Assembly (NCBI GenBank): GCA_965230925.1
Contig: OZ246403.1
Span: forward strand, 138,455-202,454
Length of the DNA stretch: 64,000 nt
Direction: 5' to 3'
Source of the DNA: an uncultured Candidatus Saccharibacteria bacterium
Lineage (GTDB): Bacteria > Patescibacteriota > Minisyncoccia > Phycocordibacterales > JACOZG01
Shown here: in pieces, positions 17,639 to 27,175 of the stretch
Numbering within the stretch: the stretch's first letter is position 1
Layout: every line of letters starts with the position of its first letter
Program-made: the position numbers and the translations under genes
The notes under the pieces: model-generated
Databases searched by the model: none
Told to the model about the DNA's origin: nothing
What the model saw: only the letters and a program-made list of their open reading frames with translations

Positions 17639-18656
17639 TATCGGGATTGATCTCGGTACCGCCAACACTCTCGTGTATCTCAAGGGACACGGGATTGTGA
17701 TTAATGAACCGTCAATCGTCGCGCTTAATCAGAAAACGGGCCAACTCGTGGCCATCGGCAATGACGCCAAACAAATGGTGGGCCGCACGCCAAACCACAT
17801 CATGATCGCGCGGCCGCTCACCGACGGCGTGATCTCGAACTTCGAAGTAACGGAAGAAATGTTAGCCTACTTCCTACGCAAGGTGGCCAAGCTCGAGCCG
17901 CGCAAGTTCTTGCGCCCGCGCGTGGTAATTGGCGTCCCGTCTGGAATTACGAACGTGGAAATTCGCGCCGTCCGTGACGCCGCCGTGAGCGCGGGCGCGG
18001 GGGAAGTGCATACCATCGAGGAACCGGTGGCCGCGGCCATTGGTATTCGTTTACCAATCAATGATCCTGTCGGCAGCATGGTCATCGATATCGGCGGTGG
18101 AACTACCGACATTGCCGTCATCTCCCTCGGCGGCATTGTGCAAACGAAAAACCTAAGAATCGCTGGCGATAAACTTAATCAAGATATTATCAATTACATC
18201 CGAGATGAATTTAAAATTTTGCTCGGGGAGAAAACAGCGGAGGATGTGAAAATGGCAATCGGCGCCGTAACCAAACAACCAGAACCCTTGGAGGCCATGA
18301 TCCGCGGCCGCGACCTGGTGACCGGTCTACCAAAAGAAGTGGCGATTACTGATGCCGACATTATGGAAGCCATCGGGCCCTCAGTCGCACTTATCATGGA
18401 GGGGATTAAAGAGGTACTCGAGACCACGCCGCCAGAAGTAGTGTCCGACATTATGCATAAAGGAATTGTTTTTGTGGGTGGCGGATCACTTCTCCAAGGC
18501 CTCATTGATCTCGCGGAAAAGGAACTCAAAATTCCCGTTCATCTCGCGCCTGATCCGCTCACGGCCGTGGTTCGCGGCACTGGTTTAATTTTAGAAGATG
18601 TAGACACATATCGAAACGTTTTACTCGATGACGACAACAGCGTATCAGCGCAATAA
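17604..18656 (+). CDS. mreB: Rod shape-determining protein MreB (copy 2, in mreBC-mrdA operon)
   Basis: DIGIDLGTANT, DIGGGTTD; upstream of mreC. Confidence 0.95.
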   Translation: MWKKFYELFRNDIGIDLGTANTLVYLKGHGIVINEPSIVALNQKTGQLVAIGNDAKQMVGRTPNHIMIARPLTDGVISNFEVTEEMLAYFLRKVAKLEPRKFLRPRVVIGVPSGITNVEIRAVRDAAVSAGAGEVHTIEEPVAAAIGIRLPINDPVGSMVIDIGGGTTDIAVISLGGIVQTKNLRIAGDKLNQDIINYIRDEFKILLGEKTAEDVKMAIGAVTKQPEPLEAMIRGRDLVTGLPKEVAITDADIMEAIGPSVALIMEGIKEVLETTPPEVVSDIMHKGIVFVGGGSLLQGLIDLAEKELKIPVHLAPDPLTAVVRGTGLILEDVDTYRNVLLDDDNSVSAQ

Positions 18657-19443
18657 GGAAAGCTCGAATCGGCGGCGAAAAATCTTTTTCGCTATCGGCA
18701 CGGTGATAATTCTCATTCTCCTCGCTACCACTGCGCTCGGCACCTGGGCAAGTCGAGCGGCCACCGTGGCAACCCGACCAGTCTGGAGCGCTGGCGGCTT
18801 CTTCGGCCGTGAGATCGATGCTCTTATTGCTATTCTTTCCAGTAAAGTCCGTCTCGCTGAGGAAAATGAAACCTGGCGAACGGAAGTAGCGCGAGCGAGA
18901 GTCGCGCTTATTGGTCAAAATGCTTTACGCGCCGAGAATGAAGAACTTCGGGCTATCCTTGGACGCACAGGAACAAGCACGGCGCCCTTCTATGGTCGCG
19001 TTCTCAGCAAGCCCAATCAATCACCCTACGATATTCTCTTTGTTGATCTCGGCGCGGAAAATACTAACCGTCTCTTCAGGGCGGGTGATCGAGTAATGAC
19101 CAGCGAAGAATTGATTGTAGGTGAGGTCGCCGCGGTATATGGGAAAACGGCAAAAATTCGTCTCTTCTCAAGCCCTGGGGTCGAGCGACCAGTGCTTGTG
19201 GGCGAGAATGAAATTGCCTCGCTCTCGCATGGACAAGGCGGTGGCAACTTCTCGGTCAACTTGCCGCGTAGTCTGGAAGTAAAAGAAGGCGACCCGGTAA
19301 AAACAAATTTTAATGGCGAACTTTTCCTGATGGGTATTGTCACTAGACGGAAGAGCGACCCGAGCGACGCCTTCCAAGAAGTTAGCTTCAAGAATCCAGC
19401 CAATATCTACGAACTTAAGTCGGTCGAGATTTATCATGATTAA
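18628..19443 (+). CDS. mreC: Rod shape-determining protein MreC
   Basis: TM, coiled coil ENEELR, PYD...DLG; synteny. Confidence 0.85.
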   Translation: MTTTAYQRNKESSNRRRKIFFAIGTVIILILLATTALGTWASRAATVATRPVWSAGGFFGREIDALIAILSSKVRLAEENETWRTEVARARVALIGQNALRAENEELRAILGRTGTSTAPFYGRVLSKPNQSPYDILFVDLGAENTNRLFRAGDRVMTSEELIVGEVAAVYGKTAKIRLFSSPGVERPVLVGENEIASLSHGQGGGNFSVNLPRSLEVKEGDPVKTNFNGELFLMGIVTRRKSDPSDAFQEVSFKNPANIYELKSVEIYHD

Positions 19444-19711
19444 CCTCGACTGGAAACTTGTTCTCGCCTTGCTTCTTTCCATCATCTTTTTCCCGTGGTG
19501 GCTCAATCTTCTCTGCATGATCGTCTTGGCCTTGCTTCTGGAAAACAAGTGGTGGCTTTTGCCTTTCACTGTGCTCTGGGACATGATGTACGAGGATCCG
19601 AATGCGGCCTGGTTTTCGCGCTTCGGCCTCACCATTCTCACCCTGGTGATCATCTTGGGAGTTAACTATATATATGAAAACGTATCTTTCCCCGGACGAA
19701 ATCTTTCTTGA
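19436..19711 (+). CDS. Small membrane protein in the mreD position
   Basis: 91-aa hydrophobic ORF overlapping mreC stop and mrdA start. Confidence 0.55.
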   Translation: MINLDWKLVLALLLSIIFFPWWLNLLCMIVLALLLENKWWLLPFTVLWDMMYEDPNAAWFSRFGLTILTLVIILGVNYIYENVSFPGRNLS

Positions 19712-21329
19712 TTCGAGCAATCTCCCAGAGTTCAACACTCAGCAACTAGAGGGGCGCCTAGAGCGACCTATTAGTCGTAAGGCGCTCTACTTCTTCGGCC
19801 TTGTCTTTGGACTTGTTTGCTTGGCTTTCACCGTGCAGGCTGGGCGGCTAGAGATTAACCAGGGCGCCACCTTCGCCGAGCGAAGTAAAAATAATACCCT
19901 CAGACAAATTACCGTCTTCGCCGAGCGTGGAGTGGTATACGACAGAAATGGTGAAGAATTAGCCTGGAATGATCCTGGGCGCGTCTATCGGCCGGGCGAA
20001 GCTACCGCGCATGTGCTTGGCTACGTAAGTTATCCAAATCAAAAAGAGCTCGAAACTGGTTATCACCCACAAGACTTCATTGGCCGAGCGGGAGTAGAAA
20101 ATATTTATAATGAATGGCTAGCTGGCACACCGGGCAAGAAGATCGAGGAAGTAAATGTTCATGGTGAAATTTATTCCGACCATCTCTACCAAGAACCAGA
20201 GAACGGCGAGGATCTGACTCTCTCACTTGATGTCCGCCTGCAAGAAAAATTATTTGACCTAATTAAAACAACGGTTCACGAGCGCGGCTTCCACGGCGGA
20301 GCGGGGATTATTATGGACGTGGAAACTGGAGAACTCGTTAGTCTCACAAGCTATCCGGCCTATGACCCGAGCATAATGTCGACTGGTAAAGACGCCGCAA
20401 AAATTAAAGAATATCTAACTACCCCAAACAAACCATTTCTCAATCGCGCCGCGGCCGGACTATATCCACCCGGTTCAACCATTAAACCCATTATGGCTCT
20501 CGGCGCGCTCAGTGAGGGAATCATTACTCCAGAGAAAGAAATTCTCAGTACTGGCGCCCTCATTCTGCCAAATCCCTACAATCCCGATTTGCCTTCGGTC
20601 TTCAAAGACTGGAAGGCTCATGGCTGGGTAAACATGCGACGCGCTTTGGCTATTTCTTCCGACGTCTATTTCTATCAAATTGGTGGTGGCTTCGAGAGCC
20701 AGAAAGGTCTCGGAATTCAAAATATTAATAAATACGCCAAACTCTTCCATCTCGCTGAAGCAACGGGCTTCCCGCTTGAAGGTAATGATCCGGGGGTTAT
20801 TCCAAGTCCAGAGTGGAAAGAAAAAGTTTTCGGTGAGCCGTGGCGGGTGGGCAATACTTACCATACGGCAATTGGCCAATATGGCTTCCAAATCACACCG
20901 CTTCAGCTCGTGCGAGCCATTGGCGCCATTGCGACCAGTGGGAAATTAGTTACACCAACGCTCGCAAAAGGTGGCGGCTTGAGCAACAAATCTGAGCAAA
21001 TCAATCTTGATCCGGCCGACTTTCAAATTGTAAAAGATGGTATGCGGGCGGCGGTTACCGAGGGCACAGCTTCAGGCTTAAGCATTCCGCAAGTCCAAAT
21101 TGCGGCCAAAACCGGAACCGCTGAAATTGGCTCGACAAAAAAGGAAACTAACTCGTGGATCACCGGCTTTTTCCCATATCAGAAACCACGCTACGCCTTC
21201 GTTGTTCTTCTCGAGCGGGGACCAAGTACAAATCTTATTGGTGGTGTCTTCGTAATGCGCCAATTCCTCGATTGGCTCAAGGTTGAAGCCCCAGAATATA
21301 TCAGGTTGACTCAAGGACCCCAAATCTAG
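19674..21329 (+). CDS. mrdA: Penicillin-binding protein 2
   Basis: RGVVYDRNG, PGSTIK (SxxK), SSD, KTGTAE. Confidence 0.92.
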   Translation: MKTYLSPDEIFLDSSNLPEFNTQQLEGRLERPISRKALYFFGLVFGLVCLAFTVQAGRLEINQGATFAERSKNNTLRQITVFAERGVVYDRNGEELAWNDPGRVYRPGEATAHVLGYVSYPNQKELETGYHPQDFIGRAGVENIYNEWLAGTPGKKIEEVNVHGEIYSDHLYQEPENGEDLTLSLDVRLQEKLFDLIKTTVHERGFHGGAGIIMDVETGELVSLTSYPAYDPSIMSTGKDAAKIKEYLTTPNKPFLNRAAAGLYPPGSTIKPIMALGALSEGIITPEKEILSTGALILPNPYNPDLPSVFKDWKAHGWVNMRRALAISSDVYFYQIGGGFESQKGLGIQNINKYAKLFHLAEATGFPLEGNDPGVIPSPEWKEKVFGEPWRVGNTYHTAIGQYGFQITPLQLVRAIGAIATSGKLVTPTLAKGGGLSNKSEQINLDPADFQIVKDGMRAAVTEGTASGLSIPQVQIAAKTGTAEIGSTKKETNSWITGFFPYQKPRYAFVVLLERGPSTNLIGGVFVMRQFLDWLKVEAPEYIRLTQGPQI

Positions 21330-21333
21330 TAAA

Positions 21334-21810
21334 ATGCCCGCGATGAACAAAGACAAGGATTACTTATCGAAGGAGAAATTTACTGAGCTTGAGAAAGAGC
21401 TCGAGGACCTTAAAACCACTAAACGCAAGGCTGTGGCCGAGCGCCTTGACTTTGCCAAGTCGATGGGTGATCTCTCCGAGAACGCTGAGTACCACGCCGC
21501 GCGTGATGAACAAGCCGAGATCGAAACACGGATTGCTCAAGTGGAAATAATTCTAAAAAGCGCCACCATTGTTACCGAACATCACAGCGTGAAGGTTGAG
21601 GTCGGTTCTACAATTCTGGTAAAGAAAGATGGCGCCAGAGAAGAACTGCAACTGACTATCGTTGGTTCTGAAGAAGCTGATATTAAGAAAGGGAAAATCT
21701 CTTACCAGTCGCCGCTTGGTGAGGCGCTTCTTGGCAAGAAAGCTGGGGACACCGTGGCCGTAAGCACGCCCAAAGGAGACATTTCCTACGAAATTGTTAA
21801 AATCAATTAA
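21334..21810 (+). CDS. greA: Transcription elongation factor GreA
   Basis: GDLSENAEY, ISYQSPLG.ALLG. Confidence 0.97.
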   Translation: MPAMNKDKDYLSKEKFTELEKELEDLKTTKRKAVAERLDFAKSMGDLSENAEYHAARDEQAEIETRIAQVEIILKSATIVTEHHSVKVEVGSTILVKKDGAREELQLTIVGSEEADIKKGKISYQSPLGEALLGKKAGDTVAVSTPKGDISYEIVKIN

Positions 21811-23267
21811 TGGCGTCGATTGAAGAATTGCGCGCGGCGCGACTCGCAAAATTAGAGAAATTAAAGGCGGCAGGACGCGAACCGTACCCGGCTCGCCTTG
21901 GGCGGGACTTTTCTCTGGCTGAAACGATAGCGAAATTTGCCGAGCTTGAGTCAGAAAAGAAAACGGTCACTCTCGTCGGGCGCGTGATGGCCTTGCGCGG
22001 GCAGGGTGGTTTAATCTTTCTCGACTTCACTGATGGGTCAGGGAGTCTGCAGGCCATGCTCAAGCTCGGCGATACGCCGGAAAACGAGTTTAATCTGTTT
22101 ACCGAAACCGTAGACATTGGCGACTTCATCTCTTTCACCGGAGAACTCTTCACCGCCAAGCGGGGAGAGAAAAGCATTCTCGTAAAAAGCTGGCACATGG
22201 GCTCGAAGTCGCTCTTGCCTTTACCCGAGAAGTGGCACGGCTTGCAAGATCCGGACGAGCGCTATCGCTTGCGCTACTTGGATCTCTTGATGACACCCGA
22301 ACTCCGCGCAACCTTCGAGCGTAAAGCGAAATTTTGGGATGCGACCCGTACCTATCTTAAAACCCGCGGCTTCCTCGAGGTAGAAACGCCAACCCTCGAG
22401 CTCACCACCGGCGGTGCTGAGGCGAGACCGTTTAAAACTCACCACAATGACTTTGATCTCGATGTTTATTTGAGAATTTCTGTAGGGGAATTGTGGCAAA
22501 AGCGCTTGATGGCCGCGGGAATTCCGCGCACCTTCGAGATCGGCCGCGTCTTCCGCAATGAAGGCACCAGCGCCGAACACTTGCAGGAATTCACCAATAT
22601 GGAATTCTACGCGGCGTACATGGACTTTGCCGACGGAAAAAAGTTAATTCGCGATTTGTATATTACGCTCGCCCAAGAAGTCTTCGGCAAAACAAATTTT
22701 GAACACAAGGGTCACCAGTTCGACCTCGCGAGCGAGTGGCCAGATATTGATTATGTTTCGACGATTGAGAAAAATACGGGCGTGAATGTGCTCGAGGCTA
22801 CCGAAGTCGAGCTGGAGAACAAACTCAAAGAACTTGGGGTAGAATACACCGGGAAAACTCGCGAGCGCCTTACTGATTCGCTCTGGAAGCATTGCCGCAA
22901 ACAAATTGCCGGGCCAGCTTTCCTCGTTGGTCATCCCAAAATGGTGGCACCGCTCTCGAAGGTGAGAGAGGATGATCCGCGCCTGACCTACACCACGCAA
23001 GTCATTATCGCCGGGACCGAGATTGGTCGCGCGCACGCTGAACTTAATGATCCGCTCGACCAACGCACCCGGTTCGAAGAACAAGCCAAACTCATTGAAC
23101 GCGGGGATGAAGAAGCAATGATGCCTGACTTCGAATTTGTTGAGATGCTCGAGCACGGCATGCCGCCGACCTTCGGCTTCGGCTTCGGCGAACGCCTCTT
23201 CGCCACCCTCGAAGGCAAACCTATCCGCGAGACGCAACTATTTCCGCTGTTGAGGCCCAAAAAATAA
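21810..23267 (+). CDS. lysS: Lysyl-tRNA synthetase (class II)
   Basis: RYRLRYLDL, GGAEARPF, FRNEG, GMPPT.G.G.G. Confidence 0.97.
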   Translation: MASIEELRAARLAKLEKLKAAGREPYPARLGRDFSLAETIAKFAELESEKKTVTLVGRVMALRGQGGLIFLDFTDGSGSLQAMLKLGDTPENEFNLFTETVDIGDFISFTGELFTAKRGEKSILVKSWHMGSKSLLPLPEKWHGLQDPDERYRLRYLDLLMTPELRATFERKAKFWDATRTYLKTRGFLEVETPTLELTTGGAEARPFKTHHNDFDLDVYLRISVGELWQKRLMAAGIPRTFEIGRVFRNEGTSAEHLQEFTNMEFYAAYMDFADGKKLIRDLYITLAQEVFGKTNFEHKGHQFDLASEWPDIDYVSTIEKNTGVNVLEATEVELENKLKELGVEYTGKTRERLTDSLWKHCRKQIAGPAFLVGHPKMVAPLSKVREDDPRLTYTTQVIIAGTEIGRAHAELNDPLDQRTRFEEQAKLIERGDEEAMMPDFEFVEMLEHGMPPTFGFGFGERLFATLEGKPIRETQLFPLLRPKK

Positions 23268-23281
23268 TTTTAAAAAGTGGA

Positions 23282-23307
23282 AACCCGTCACGTGACAGTG
23301 ACGGGTT
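23282..23307 (-). terminator. Terminator hairpin between convergent lysS and cassette gene
   Basis: aacccgtcac/gtgacgggtt 10-bp stem. Confidence 0.7.
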
Positions 23308-23656
23308 ATTTGATTGTGGCCCCACATTCGGTGCAGGCTCCGGAAACGTTACCAGTGAGACTGTAGCCGCACTTTAGGCATAAACCACTTACCTCCCGAT
23401 AATATGCCTCATATCTCTTAAAATCACGCCTTTTCATAAATGCACGGACGACAAAGGAAGCTGTCATAGCAAGACCAAAAGAGACAGCAAGAAAGGCATT
23501 TTTACGCGGGACATTCCCACCCAGAAAGCGACAGCTAATGAAAACACTTAAAAACATGAAAAACGTCGAGGTGGCTATACACATAGCCATATCAAACCGA
23601 ATCCACCAAAGATGGGTCTTAAACTGTTTTATCGTGTTATCCCTAAAACTCTTCAT
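23306..23656 (-). CDS. Two-TM protein with C-terminal CxxCGYxLTGNxSGxCxECG zinc finger
   Basis: Translation; promoter TTGACA-N16-TATGAT (23718-23691), SD AAAGGAGG. Confidence 0.8.
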   Translation of the reverse strand: MKSFRDNTIKQFKTHLWWIRFDMAMCIATSTFFMFLSVFISCRFLGGNVPRKNAFLAVSFGLAMTASFVVRAFMKRRDFKRYEAYYREVSGLCLKCGYSLTGNVSGACTECGATIK

Positions 23657-23749
23657 TATTGACCTCCTTTCTGGTCAAAGAACCATCAACATCATACCCA
23701 ATAACAGTTTTCTGTCAACCTTGCTGAAAACTCACTTTCGAGACGTAAG

Positions 23750-23811
23750 TTATCCACTTTGGCGAGTGGGGAATAGTGGGATATACTTTCAGCCAAGTGG
23801 GATAAAGTGGG
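23750..23811 (+). promoter_or_regulatory. mraZ promoter: four AGTGGG MraZ-box repeats, TATACT -10 and DnaA-box-like TTATCCACT
   Basis: AGTGGG at 23765, 23775, 23796, 23806 (spacing 10/21/10); TATACT 23782; TTATCCACT 23750. Confidence 0.8.
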
Positions 23812-23823
23812 AAATAAAAAATC

Positions 23824-24258
23824 ATGCTAATTGGCGAGTACCGACACACGATTGATGACAAGAAACGCCTCGCCATTCCCGCCAAGTTCCGCAAGGAGAT
23901 CGGCAAGAAGGTGGTAATCACCAACGGTCTCGATAATTGTTTGTTCCTTTACACCATGAAAGAGTGGGAGAGTGTGGCCGGTAAGCTCGGTGGCCTCGCC
24001 ATGGGTCAAGCTGATAGCCGCGGCTTCAATCGCTTTATGCTCGCGGGCGCGGTGGATACCGAAGTGGATGAACTCGGTCGCGTCTTGATCCCAGATTTCT
24101 TGCGCGAATTTGCTTGCCTCAAAACCAAGGTGGTTATCACGGGCGTGCACAACAGGCTCGAAATTTGGGATGAGAAACGCTGGACCGATTACAAAGCGCG
24201 CGTGGCGAGTCAAGCCGATCGCTTGGCCGAGAAGTTGGGCGAGATTGGTGTCTTCTAG
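23824..24258 (+). CDS. mraZ: Division/cell wall cluster repressor MraZ
   Basis: GEY.HTIDDK.R..IP.KFR, D..GRVLIP, LEIWD. Confidence 0.97.
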   Translation: MLIGEYRHTIDDKKRLAIPAKFRKEIGKKVVITNGLDNCLFLYTMKEWESVAGKLGGLAMGQADSRGFNRFMLAGAVDTEVDELGRVLIPDFLREFACLKTKVVITGVHNRLEIWDEKRWTDYKARVASQADRLAEKLGEIGVF

Positions 24259-24271
24259 ATTTATCCTGGGG

Positions 24272-25153
24272 ATGAAAATTCTGCATCAACCAGTTTTGCT
24301 CCAAGAAACGCTCGCGGCACTAGCGCCTAAGCCTGGCGATGTGATCGTGGACGGTACAGCCGGGAGCGCGGGGCATAGTGTTGAGATTGGGAAGGCTCTC
24401 GGCGAGAGCGGCCGCTTGATTCTCATTGACGCTGACCAAGCGGCACTTGAGCGAAGTAAAGCCAGACTCACAGACGCGAAATGTAAGCTTGATCTCGTTC
24501 ACGATAATTTCCGGAATTTAAATCAAATTTTGGAAAAACTTGGAGTGAATGAAATTAATAGTTTACTCCTCGACCTCGGTTTCAGCTCAGAAGAGATCGA
24601 GATCTCTGGTAGGGGATTTTCTTTCCAGAAAGACGAGCCTTTACTCATGACGCTTGCTAACAATCCTGGACCAGATGATCTTACCGCAGAAAAAATAGTA
24701 AACGAGTGGCCAGAAGAAGAGCTGGCGAATCTCATTTACGAATACGGTGAGGAGCGAAATTCGCGGAAGATTGCCAAGGCTATTGTTGAGGCGCGGCACA
24801 AGACAAGAATCACTCGCACAAGTGATCTAGTCCAGATCATCGAGAGCGTGGTGCCACGCCGCGGTCGCCTCCATCCAGCTACTAAGACCTTCCAAGCCTT
24901 ACGTGTTGCGGTCAATGACGAGCTCGGCGCTCTCCGCGAGACACTCAAAGCCGGTTGGTCACACCTAGCGCCTGGTGGCACTATCGCCGTAATCACCTTC
25001 CAGGGGCTCGAAGGCAAGATCTTTAAAGAATTTGGTAAATCGCTCAAGCAAAATAGCGAAGTGACACTAAAGAAGATCGCTCCCACTCGATCAGAAATTT
25101 TACAAAATCCTCGTTCCCGCAGCGCGCAGTTACGTTTAATTAAAAAAACATGA
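24272..25153 (+). CDS. rsmH: 16S rRNA m4C1402 methyltransferase
   Basis: HQPVLL.E, DGT.G.AGHS, DLGFSS, HPATKTFQALR, NPRSRSA. Confidence 0.96.
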   Translation: MKILHQPVLLQETLAALAPKPGDVIVDGTAGSAGHSVEIGKALGESGRLILIDADQAALERSKARLTDAKCKLDLVHDNFRNLNQILEKLGVNEINSLLLDLGFSSEEIEISGRGFSFQKDEPLLMTLANNPGPDDLTAEKIVNEWPEEELANLIYEYGEERNSRKIAKAIVEARHKTRITRTSDLVQIIESVVPRRGRLHPATKTFQALRVAVNDELGALRETLKAGWSHLAPGGTIAVITFQGLEGKIFKEFGKSLKQNSEVTLKKIAPTRSEILQNPRSRSAQLRLIKKT

Positions 25154-25470
25154 TGGCAAAAAAATTTTATTGGTATAGCTTACTCATGACCAACTTGGTC
25201 TTGGTTTTTGCCTATCTCTACTTGGTCAATCAAGTGGTTTTAAATATTGCGGAGAAGGAAAATTTGGAACGAGAAAGCAGCTCGCTGGTGGCCACCGTGG
25301 CCAAGCTCGAGTCTCGGCGGACCGAGCTCTCGCGGCAGTTCACCATCGACTTTGCCTACTCGCTCGGCTTTGAGGATGCGGCCGGGCGAACCCTCTTTGC
25401 TCGTCGCGACAATAATCCTAGTTTGTTCTCCTACGTCGAGAACAACCTCACGCTCGAGAATGGATTCTAA
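25150..25470 (+). CDS. FtsL-like cell division protein
   Basis: TM plus coiled coil, A..LGF, between rsmH and ftsI. Confidence 0.65.
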   Translation: MMAKKFYWYSLLMTNLVLVFAYLYLVNQVVLNIAEKENLERESSSLVATVAKLESRRTELSRQFTIDFAYSLGFEDAAGRTLFARRDNNPSLFSYVENNLTLENGF

Positions 25471-27172
25471 GGGACGAGGACGGTTGCAATTAATCTCAGG
25501 TGTTATCTTTTTCTTTGCGGCCATTATTGTGGCCAAACTTTTTTTTGTTCAAGTTGTTCGCGGTGAATATTATCAAGAACTCTCTGATCGCCAGGCCGTG
25601 CCGCAACACAGCCTGTTTGATCGCGGAGACATCTTCTTTACCCGCAAGGATGGCACGCGCGCCGCGGCCGCCACAGTGCAAAATGGCTTCACTCTGGCGC
25701 TAAAGCCAGACAGCATTCCGTCTGGCACTGATCTGGAAAGTTTATACACCAAGATCAATGCCATCGTGCCACTTGATCGCGACAGTTTTCTCAAGAAAGC
25801 CCAAATGACCAATGACCCCTATGAGGCCCTCGCCGAGCGCCTCGACACCGCAACAGCGGAGAAAATTAAGATGCTCGAGCTTGAGGGTGTTGAGATCGCG
25901 AGTGAACGCTGGCGCTTCTACCCATCTAGTTCTCTGGCCTCTCATGTCATTGGCTTCATGGGTTATCAGGGTGATTACTTTGGCGGCCGGTACGGGCTTG
26001 AACGACAGTATGATAAAACACTAAGTCGCGAGGGAAATACGAGCTTTAGCAATTTCTTTGCTGAAGTTTTTTCTGGCATTAGCCGCACCTTTGCGGAAAA
26101 CAAGGAAGACCAAGAAGGGGATTTGGTCACGACCATTGAGCCGGAAGTTCAAAACTTTTTTGAAACTGAGCTCACGGCCCTTGCCGAGCGCTGGAGCACC
26201 AAGTCGGTGGGTGGCATCGTGATGGATCCGCAAACTGGGGAAATTGTGGCCATGGCGGCGCGACCCGACTTCGACCCCGGCAAACGCCAAGGTGACATTG
26301 CACCGCTCCCGAACCCGCTGGTGGAACGCGTGTTTGAAATGGGTTCAATTGTGAAGCCACTTACCATGGCGGCCGCCCTCGACGCTGGTGTGGTTACGCC
26401 CAGCACCACCTATGAGGATCGTGGCTCGGTGACCTTCAACCAAGCCACGCTCAAGAACTATGACGGCCGAGCGCACGGTCGCGTCTCGATGCAAGAGGTA
26501 CTCAATCTCTCGCTCAACACTGGTTCCGTTTTCGCTATGCAACAACTTGGCGGTGAGAAATTCAAAAATTATTTCCTTGGCTATCAACTTGGAGAATTAA
26601 CAGGAATTGATTTGCCAAATGAATCAAAAGGCCTGGTAAAAAATCTCCAAAGCGGTCGCGAAATTGATTATGCCACCGCTTCCTTCGGCCAAGGCATCGC
26701 CATGTCGCCCATCAACATCACCCGCGCGCTTGCCACGCTCGGTAATGGCGGCAAACTGGTGACACCTCATGTGGTCAAAGAATTATTGTATCGTCACGTT
26801 CCAGATAAAAAAACCGAGATTGATGCGCCTCGCTCGGTCTTAAAGCCCGAGACAAGTGAGACCATTACCAAAATGCTGGTGGAAGTGGTAGACAAGGCTC
26901 TCCTCGGCGGCACGGTGAAGCTCGAGCATTACCAAGTGGCGGCAAAAACGGGCACCGCGCAGATTGCTAAATCGGGCGGCGGTGGGTATTATGACGATCG
27001 CTTCTTGCACTCATTCTTTGGCTATTTCCCAGCTTCTAAGCCACGGTTTATCGTCTTTCTCTATGCCGAAGAGCCGCAAGGAGTAAATTATGCCGCCAAC
27101 ACCTTGACCGAACCATTTATGAACGTAAGCGAATTTCTTCTCAATTACTATAAAATTCCGCCCGATCGTTAA
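25460..27172 (+). CDS. ftsI: Peptidoglycan transpeptidase PBP3/FtsI
   Basis: RGDIFF, EMGSIVK, SLN, KTGTAQ; dcw synteny. Confidence 0.9.
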   Translation: MDSKGRGRLQLISGVIFFFAAIIVAKLFFVQVVRGEYYQELSDRQAVPQHSLFDRGDIFFTRKDGTRAAAATVQNGFTLALKPDSIPSGTDLESLYTKINAIVPLDRDSFLKKAQMTNDPYEALAERLDTATAEKIKMLELEGVEIASERWRFYPSSSLASHVIGFMGYQGDYFGGRYGLERQYDKTLSREGNTSFSNFFAEVFSGISRTFAENKEDQEGDLVTTIEPEVQNFFETELTALAERWSTKSVGGIVMDPQTGEIVAMAARPDFDPGKRQGDIAPLPNPLVERVFEMGSIVKPLTMAAALDAGVVTPSTTYEDRGSVTFNQATLKNYDGRAHGRVSMQEVLNLSLNTGSVFAMQQLGGEKFKNYFLGYQLGELTGIDLPNESKGLVKNLQSGREIDYATASFGQGIAMSPINITRALATLGNGGKLVTPHVVKELLYRHVPDKKTEIDAPRSVLKPETSETITKMLVEVVDKALLGGTVKLEHYQVAAKTGTAQIAKSGGGGYYDDRFLHSFFGYFPASKPRFIVFLYAEEPQGVNYAANTLTEPFMNVSEFLLNYYKIPPDR

Positions 27173-27175
27173 ACC

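Noticed and set aside
24110-25460. Long N-terminal extensions of rsmH and ftsI (also priA, P-ATPase, rmuC, dnaB) in the ORF track
   Set aside because: They overlap upstream genes or promoters; downstream starts match family N-termini or local -10 boxes.
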